A stretch of 64,000 nt of DNA from positions 147,778 to 211,777 of the IMG/VR virus record IMGVR_UViG_3300037245_001419. The stretch is one strand, 5' to 3'. The position numbers and the translations under genes were made by a program. The notes under the pieces are model-generated. The model was not told the DNA's origin and made no database searches. It saw only the letters and a program-made list of their open reading frames with translations. Positions within the stretch are counted from its first letter, which is position 1. Every line of letters starts with the position of its first letter. Positions 58,426 to 64,000 of the stretch are shown one piece after another.

Positions 58426-58668
58426 ATGAAAGAATACGAATATATTGAACAGAATCATCATGTTGAAACTGATACTTCAGTTAAATCTCTTAATAATGGG
58501 CCATGTATAGCTGAGATTCAACTATATGGTGGTGAAGAAACTCACTTCATCCTGAATACTGGTCATGAGGATAAATTTGTAATTGCAGTTGAGGGATACG
58601 ATGGCTTAGAGATCCGACACTTCGGAAAAGCTAGATTGTTCCCTGTTTATGGTCTGCGGTTAAAGTAA
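58426..58668 (+). CDS. hypothetical protein
   Basis: AGGA RBS. Confidence 0.7.
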   Translation: MKEYEYIEQNHHVETDTSVKSLNNGPCIAEIQLYGGEETHFILNTGHEDKFVIAVEGYDGLEIRHFGKARLFPVYGLRLK

Positions 58669-58671
58669 TTA

Positions 58672-58704
58672 TAGACAATTCAATTGAAAATATGTACTTT
58701 AGTT
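58672..58704 (+). promoter_or_regulatory. class-II promoter
   Basis: TAGACA-17-TACTTT(AGTT). Confidence 0.6.
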
Positions 58705-58731
58705 GATACAGTACTTTAAATTGGATCATTT

Positions 58732-59043
58732 GTGAAATATTTAATAATTTTAATACTATGTATGTCGTTTGGATCTGCTTTAGCTGATGACACTGAAGAT
58801 ATTACTCTTGATGAGTTGTGTAAATATGCTGGATATGCGTACATGTTAGGTGATGTGTCTGTATATAATGAGGTACTGCAGCAAGCGTTTGAACAAATAC
58901 AAGTACCACCAGGTGACAGCCTTGAAATAACAACACGTAGATGTTGGGATTTGGTTGATAATAGTAAAAAACTAGGTCTTCCTATCAGTGAAAGTGATGC
59001 AATAGCAAAAAAATTAGTTCGTCTTAACAATCAACTAAAGTAG
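58732..59043 (+). CDS. secreted protein, paralog of 62410-62697
   Basis: signal peptide ending ALA; LCKYAGYA. Confidence 0.75.
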   Translation: MKYLIILILCMSFGSALADDTEDITLDELCKYAGYAYMLGDVSVYNEVLQQAFEQIQVPPGDSLEITTRRCWDLVDNSKKLGLPISESDAIAKKLVRLNNQLK

Positions 59044-59155
59044 TATTGATATGATTCAAAATTGTTATGCTTGCAATAATTATGACACAAAAAAATGCGA
59101 TGGATGTCGCCATTATTCAAATCATAGTGACAACAACAAAACTAAGTAGGATATA

Positions 59156-59896
59156 ATGAGTAAATATAATATACTAGTAACACCAGAAGATAAGCATTAC
59201 GGTGCTGTATGGTTGGATGCGTTAAGAGGGAAGTTATATTACTTTTTCCGTGAGGAAGAGATACCGGAAGAATCTTTGTTAGATTATATCGAGAACGAGA
59301 AGCATGGCATCATAGATAATCTAACAACCTTCAGTAAGTATTCATTATTTAATGCTAGAAGTGTTGTAGAGGCTGAAGGTTATGCTATGTGTAAACAGAT
59401 TGACGGTAGTCTACCAAATACAGTTTACAAGTTTTGGCCGTTCGAAGCCCTTAAGGATATCTGTAAAGAGCCTTCACTTGATAGACGGGAGTTTGAAAGA
59501 GTCATACACATTGAGCGTTCAGTGGCAAAGGGAGGGGCTTTTGTATCTCATACTGGACATGAAAGTGGTGCATGTTCATTAGGATTCAGATATGAGAGAA
59601 TAATTCGGTGCGCTGATAAGAGTGTGCAAGGTGATTATCAATATTTTGAGCTTCCACACCAGGAAGATTTTCTTACATACAAGCCTAAGAATTCTGACAA
59701 GCGAAATAGACCTAACATCTATGGCTCAGTAGTTAAATACACTGCAGAACTATATGAAATGATTGAACAGACAGCTATGAGTTTTAGAGAGTTAAACGAT
59801 AGACTGTTAGATATAATAAAACCTGAGAGTCTTATATCTATATCTGATAGTGGTGTTAAAGTGCTGCCACTTACAACTAAAGTAGGATCAGAATGA
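59156..59896 (+). CDS. hypothetical protein
   Basis: AGGA RBS, 246 aa. Confidence 0.75.
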   Translation: MSKYNILVTPEDKHYGAVWLDALRGKLYYFFREEEIPEESLLDYIENEKHGIIDNLTTFSKYSLFNARSVVEAEGYAMCKQIDGSLPNTVYKFWPFEALKDICKEPSLDRREFERVIHIERSVAKGGAFVSHTGHESGACSLGFRYERIIRCADKSVQGDYQYFELPHQEDFLTYKPKNSDKRNRPNIYGSVVKYTAELYEMIEQTAMSFRELNDRLLDIIKPESLISISDSGVKVLPLTTKVGSE

Positions 59897-60174
59897 AGGA
59901 CGTAATTGGTTGGATTGTATTTGTAGTGTTGTTTTGTATTGTATTATATGTAATTGGCTGGCTTATGGTTGTCAATTTCGGCCCAGAAGCTCAGAACGAT
60001 GAGATTAAGAACCGAGATTACAAGTACGAGGTGACGTGTAGTGTTAACGGTAAAACGGTAACAAAGCATTTTTTGGATTGTTACTCTGGTGAAAGTGGAT
60101 TGCGGTGTGGTAATAGCCGTAGTACTTCATTTTTATGTCAGGGTAATTACAGTTACATACTAGTTCCAAGGTAG
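59893..60174 (+). CDS. membrane-anchored protein
   Basis: N-terminal TM helix. Confidence 0.7.
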   Translation: MKDVIGWIVFVVLFCIVLYVIGWLMVVNFGPEAQNDEIKNRDYKYEVTCSVNGKTVTKHFLDCYSGESGLRCGNSRSTSFLCQGNYSYILVPR

Positions 60175-60180
60175 GATATA

Positions 60181-60567
60181 ATGATTATACCATTTCAAAT
60201 GAAAATATTTAATGAAGAAGATTTTCTTTCATATCCTCGTCATAAAAGTACGATTGTAATTATTAGCATGTGTTATAAAGGATTTGGCTTGAAACTGCCA
60301 AACTTCACGCAATGTGAAGTTGAATGGTATTGGCATGGATGTGTCGATGGCGTTCATGCAGGAGATACACAAGAATTTTCTACAAACGACACTATGGAAC
60401 AATATAAAAATAAAGGGTGGCGTTTAGTCGTTAGTATAAAACAAAATAAACGGAGTTCTCCTATACAATTGAAGGACAAATGTTTATGGCAATATGACGA
60501 ACTCTATAGAACTGATTTAGAGTTAGCTATGCATAGAGCTACACAAGGAAATCAGTATGTAAAGTAG
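60181..60567 (+). CDS. hypothetical protein
   Basis: AGGA RBS. Confidence 0.65.
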   Translation: MIIPFQMKIFNEEDFLSYPRHKSTIVIISMCYKGFGLKLPNFTQCEVEWYWHGCVDGVHAGDTQEFSTNDTMEQYKNKGWRLVVSIKQNKRSSPIQLKDKCLWQYDELYRTDLELAMHRATQGNQYVK

Positions 60568-60608
60568 GACTCAAACTAAAGTATCCAGTTATTTAACGGT
60601 TACTTTAG

Positions 60609-60794
60609 TTATGCCTTCATAATACTGATATAGTTTTCCATACATTTAAGAGAGCATAGGACTATCGTATAGGGTCTTAAGCTGTGTCCGTGTATAGAAT
60701 GCTTAGTGATAGAGAACCATGACTGACCATGTCCCATAGCCTTATAATCGAACTCTGTGGTACATGCGTTGCATATTTGTTTAGAATCTTTCAC
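60609..60794 (-). CDS. small Zn-finger protein
   Basis: CNAC...CSLKC. Confidence 0.65.
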   Translation of the reverse strand: MKDSKQICNACTTEFDYKAMGHGQSWFSITKHSIHGHSLRPYTIVLCSLKCMENYISIMKA

Positions 60795-61063
60795 TTTATT
60801 TTAAGAGTAATTTGAAACAGGACACCGTCCTTAATATACGATTCGATATCTGCGTTTCTAGATGAATGAGATGATATACGGAGATTGTTTGCTTGTAATA
60901 TAATAATTTTATTTTTTCTATAGTCGAATACAAGCAAACAAGGGTTAGGGTCATTCTCACTCATCACAGCGTATTGTGCTTTCCCTTCAGTTATATTCTT
61001 AATAACCTCATCAGCATTCCATGTAATAGTTGTTTTGTTTTGTCTAGTTATAACTCTTTTCAT
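60791..61063 (-). CDS. hypothetical protein
   Basis: GAGGA RBS, 4-nt overlaps. Confidence 0.7.
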   Translation of the reverse strand: MKRVITRQNKTTITWNADEVIKNITEGKAQYAVMSENDPNPCLLVFDYRKNKIIILQANNLRISSHSSRNADIESYIKDGVLFQITLKIK

Positions 61064-61317
61064 TGGTCATCCTCTAATACGTTTGGATATGTCATATTAT
61101 TGTGTGCATCTACTTCATGATCCCACAAGATAGCTTGCAGCATTTCAGTTGAGATACTTTCTTGTGAATATGGTCTGCATATAGTTTTAGTCTCTTTCAG
61201 AAATGTTTTGTACAGCTGAGCATGAGTAGAAGCTGTGATAGTTTTAACTACATGGCCCCAATCTAAAGAGCAGAAGTATTTAAATGTTATCTGGTATGTT
61301 GGTTTAATTTCTTTCAT
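61060..61317 (-). CDS. hypothetical protein, probably leaderless
   Basis: ATG 6 nt after the TATACT -10 box. Confidence 0.65.
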   Translation of the reverse strand: MKEIKPTYQITFKYFCSLDWGHVVKTITASTHAQLYKTFLKETKTICRPYSQESISTEMLQAILWDHEVDAHNNMTYPNVLEDDQ

Positions 61318-61373
61318 AACTAAAGTATAATAGAAAGTTATAGACATGTCAATAGAAAGTAATTACTTTAGTT
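61318..61373. promoter_or_regulatory. class-II bidirectional promoter
   Basis: third near-identical copy. Confidence 0.75.
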
Positions 61374-61397
61374 AATAACGTTATATAAGGAGTTATT

Positions 61398-61832
61398 ATG
61401 GCAAAGAAGTTAGTAGTTAAGAAAGGTTATACAGTTGAAGTTGTCTCATGGGAGAATGATGGAGACCATTACAGCACTATGTCAAAGACTTATGACACTG
61501 CAGAAAAGGCGTTATGTGTAAAGAAGCTGTGTAACGAGTTGTTTTCTTGTTATCACTCTGGTGCTGAAATTGGCATTGGAAATATATGTGACGACTATGA
61601 AATGGCACGAGATAGAACGCTGGTGTACTTAAAAAAGAACCTTAATGTTCTAAAGTTATTTGCAACACGAGCGGATATAGAACTTAAAGATGAAGAAACA
61701 CTCGTTCAGATAGTAATGAATATTAACTTTGATCTACTGGGTGGTTCAGATGTTTATAATTCACGGATATGTGAAAGATGTGAAGTATCCTACTCTGCAG
61801 AAGATATTCACGTAGAAGTTATCAACAAGTAA
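61398..61832 (+). CDS. conserved phage hypothetical protein
   Basis: GYTVEVVSWENDGDHY motif; AAGGAG RBS. Confidence 0.8.
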   Translation: MAKKLVVKKGYTVEVVSWENDGDHYSTMSKTYDTAEKALCVKKLCNELFSCYHSGAEIGIGNICDDYEMARDRTLVYLKKNLNVLKLFATRADIELKDEETLVQIVMNINFDLLGGSDVYNSRICERCEVSYSAEDIHVEVINK

Positions 61833-61859
61833 TCTACACATTGAAAGAGAAGAAATAAT

Positions 61860-62225
61860 ATGTACAGTTTAAATCATACTTTAGTTTGTCAGGAATGCAG
61901 TAAAAAGTTCCTGGGTCGTCTAAACGGCAAGTTCTGTTCTGGTATATGTGGCAGGAGACATTGGAATAAGAACAACACTGAGAGGATCGCAAAGAGCCAT
62001 GATAAGTGGTATATAGCTAATCGTGATACTATTATGGAAAAGAATAAGGAGTATCGTAAAAAGAATAAAGAACCTATTTCAAAGTATCATATCGACTATT
62101 ACAAAGAGAATCGAGACTTGATTAATGATCGAGCTAAAGCATATCATAAGGATAATCGTGATAATATATTACCTCGTATGCGTGCGTATTCAGCTAACAT
62201 GCGTAAGAATAACAAACTAAAGTAG
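61860..62225 (+). CDS. Zn-finger plus basic helical-repeat protein (homing-endonuclease-like N-terminus, no nuclease)
   Basis: CQEC...FCSGIC then YYKENRD-type repeats. Confidence 0.7.
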   Translation: MYSLNHTLVCQECSKKFLGRLNGKFCSGICGRRHWNKNNTERIAKSHDKWYIANRDTIMEKNKEYRKKNKEPISKYHIDYYKENRDLINDRAKAYHKDNRDNILPRMRAYSANMRKNNKLK

Positions 62226-62409
62226 GGCTGAATGGATCAAGAAGAGAAGGTTTGTACCTGGTCATATTCTAACAATTCATTTATGGGTTTTCGAGAGTTT
62301 GAGTATAACACTAGTTGTAATAGAAATTATGACGCTGATATAATCAGACCAATTAATCCTAAGCACTGCCCTAATTGTGGTGGTAAAATAAAACATAGTA
62401 AGTAGGAAT

Positions 62410-62697
62410 ATGAAAACAATTATATTAATGGTGCTGATATGTACTTCAGTTTATTCATCTGACTTTAGCGAGTACGAAACAAAGTCTCTATGTGCATATG
62501 CAGGTTATGCTATTCATGTAAAAGACAAGTTTATGGCATCCGTGTCTCTTAGAATTGCTACCCATAGAGGTGACAGTATAGTATTTGATTGTGGACAGAT
62601 AGCATTGAAGGTAGTTGTATCTAAGAAGATGCCTAGTGGTTTTGATGAGTATCAAAATGACTTCTATAACATCGTTACATATAAATTATTAAACTAA
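62410..62697 (+). CDS. secreted protein, paralog of 58732-59043
   Basis: signal peptide; LCAYAGYA. Confidence 0.75.
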   Translation: MKTIILMVLICTSVYSSDFSEYETKSLCAYAGYAIHVKDKFMASVSLRIATHRGDSIVFDCGQIALKVVVSKKMPSGFDEYQNDFYNIVTYKLLN

Positions 62698-62772
62698 AGT
62701 ATTTTACGTAAAATGTTGACAATATAACAGATTTGTTATATTATTACTATAAAATATAACAATAGGTTACGT

Positions 62773-64000
62773 ATGACTAATACAAAAATATCAATATCTG
62801 CATTAATAGTTGGTGTGTTATTACTAACATTATTAATAAGCTGTGTCAATGACAACAACACAGTTTCAAGAGATTATGTAATAAAAATAGATAATAACAC
62901 AGGGTTGGAAGTTGATAGTGTTGTAGTTTATAGAAGTATAGATGATCATACAGATACTTTAGTTTACGTTAATCCAGTAGAGCCTATACATATAATCATA
63001 CCTATTGAAGGTGAAAAAGATTCTCAAGTTAATATTGAATATAGTTGTTATTATGAAACTGCTAAACTTATGGAAAAAACTGCAGTGTTCACACTTGACC
63101 AAAACTCAAGTGATATATCAACCACGGAATTTATTGACCATGTCAAAATAGATTCTTTGAAAGCTTTGGTATCTAAAATAGATTCTTTGGTATCAGATAA
63201 CAATGATGCCAATGTTAGTTCTAGCTTAAGTAGTTCCCTATTGTCATCTGAACCTGAATCATCATCAGAAGAAACTTTAGTTTCGTCATATTTAATGCAG
63301 AGTAGTTCAACTGAAGTGATTAGCTCATCTGAAGTGATTAGTTCAACTGAAGTGGTTAGCTCATCTGAAGTGATTAGTTCAACTGAAGTGGTTAGTTCGT
63401 CTGAAGTGATTAGTTCAACAGAGATAGTTAGCTCATCTGAGATAGTTAGTTCGTCTGAGATAGTTAGTTCGTCAGAGATTGTTAGTTCGTCAGAGATTGT
63501 TAGCTCATCAGAGATTATTAGCTCATCAGAGATTATTAGCTCATCAGAGATAGTTAGTTCGTCTGAGATTGTTAGTTCAACTGAAGTGGTTAGCTCATCG
63601 GAAGCAATTAGTTCGTCTGCAGCAATCAGCTCATCGGAAGCAATTAGTTCGTCTGCAGCAATCAGCTCATCAGAAGCAATTAGTTCAACTGAAGTAGTCA
63701 GCTCAACTGAAGTGCTTAGTTCAACTGAAGTAGTCAGCTCATCAGAAGCAATCAGATCATCTGCAGTAGTCAGCTCATCAGAGCGTATTAGTTCATCTGA
63801 AGTAGTTAGTTCTTCAGAAGCGGTTAGTTCATCTGAAGAATTAATTGAGAAATATATAGATAAGCGAGTTAATCAATATGGCACATCTACATATCAACCT
63901 ATAAAGATTGGAACTAGAGTATTGTTTAATGAAAATCTAAATTATTATGGTGCTGGTGTATGTTATGATAACGATCCAGATAATTGTGAAACATATGGAA
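62773..64000 (+). CDS. Ser-rich lipoprotein with FISUMP (Fibrobacter succinogenes major paralogous) domain, partial
   Basis: LLISC lipobox; SS[ST]E[VI][VI] linker; YQPIKIGTRVLFNENLNY...VCYDNDPDNCETYG; TTGACA-17-TATTAT promoter at 62716; open to the edge. Confidence 0.8.
   Translation, partial: MTNTKISISALIVGVLLLTLLISCVNDNNTVSRDYVIKIDNNTGLEVDSVVVYRSIDDHTDTLVYVNPVEPIHIIIPIEGEKDSQVNIEYSCYYETAKLMEKTAVFTLDQNSSDISTTEFIDHVKIDSLKALVSKIDSLVSDNNDANVSSSLSSSLLSSEPESSSEETLVSSYLMQSSSTEVISSSEVISSTEVVSSSEVISSTEVVSSSEVISSTEIVSSSEIVSSSEIVSSSEIVSSSEIVSSSEIISSSEIISSSEIVSSSEIVSSTEVVSSSEAISSSAAISSSEAISSSAAISSSEAISSTEVVSSTEVLSSTEVVSSSEAIRSSAVVSSSERISSSEVVSSSEAVSSSEELIEKYIDKRVNQYGTSTYQPIKIGTRVLFNENLNYYGAGVCYDNDPDNCETYG
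63301..63840 (+). repeat. 18-bp coding tandem repeat (about 30 units, SSSEVI-like)
   Basis: agttcaactgaagtgatt / agctcatctgaagtgatt units. Confidence 0.9.

Larger units (their letters stand above)
200..63735. repeat. dispersed 10-mer AACTRAAGTA / TACTTYAGTT
   Basis: about 130 exact copies counted by eye on both strands. Confidence 0.9.

Noticed and set aside
2348-59582. Shadow ORFs (e.g. 2348, 3008, 6499, 8991, 10792, 10876, 10919, 13047, 15913, 18655, 37597, 54269, 54578, 58716, 59382)
   Set aside because: Antisense or out-of-frame overlaps of better-supported genes or promoters, without RBS.
200-63735. 10-mer as IS200/IS605 or REP hairpin remnants (CTAAAG/CTGAAG loops)
   Set aside because: It lacks the GC-rich flanking stems, no transposase is in the window, and many copies are in frame inside intact genes.
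1-64000. Stop-codon reassignment
   Set aside because: Code 11 gives dense coding, and TAG/TGA fall at ends matching paralog ends (PWEVL-TAG, PWEVT-TGA versus PWEVN-TAA).

Overview
AT-rich (about 30% GC) window from the accessory/early region of a large lytic dsDNA phage, genetic code 11. No capsid, tail, polymerase, integrase or CRISPR genes are present. It holds about 140 mostly small genes. Recognisable products: a CCA-adding tRNA nucleotidyltransferase, a degenerate ATP-dependent ligase-like protein, a cpYpsA/SLOG-like protein, a NUMOD4 protein lacking HNH, an XRE repressor, three AP2-like DNA-binding proteins, a J-domain protein, a metzincin-like peptidase, a TPR protein, several lipoproteins, and a Ser-rich FISUMP lipoprotein that hints at a Fibrobacterota-like host. 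Architecture: (i) 9.5-47.5 kb is a leftward array of one- to few-gene units, each with a copy of a TTGACA-N17-TATCTT promoter carrying a TAGTTAATTAACTA palindrome; (ii) 47.5-49.2 kb is a non-coding, repeat-rich block, possibly a genome end or origin; (iii) 49-64 kb has minus-strand operons alternating with plus-strand secreted-protein islands driven by compact bidirectional promoters. The two most striking unexplained signals are a family of 12 small proteins with constant termini (HLDTLVGP ... PWEV[N/L]-stop) around very different cores, and a 10-mer AACTRAAGTA found about 130 times (by eye; about 1 expected) in promoters, terminators, stop codons and coding sequence. There is also a tRNA-Leu-like RNA with a 54-nt extra arm and several candidate structured RNAs. 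All family assignments come from motif recognition by eye, not database searches.
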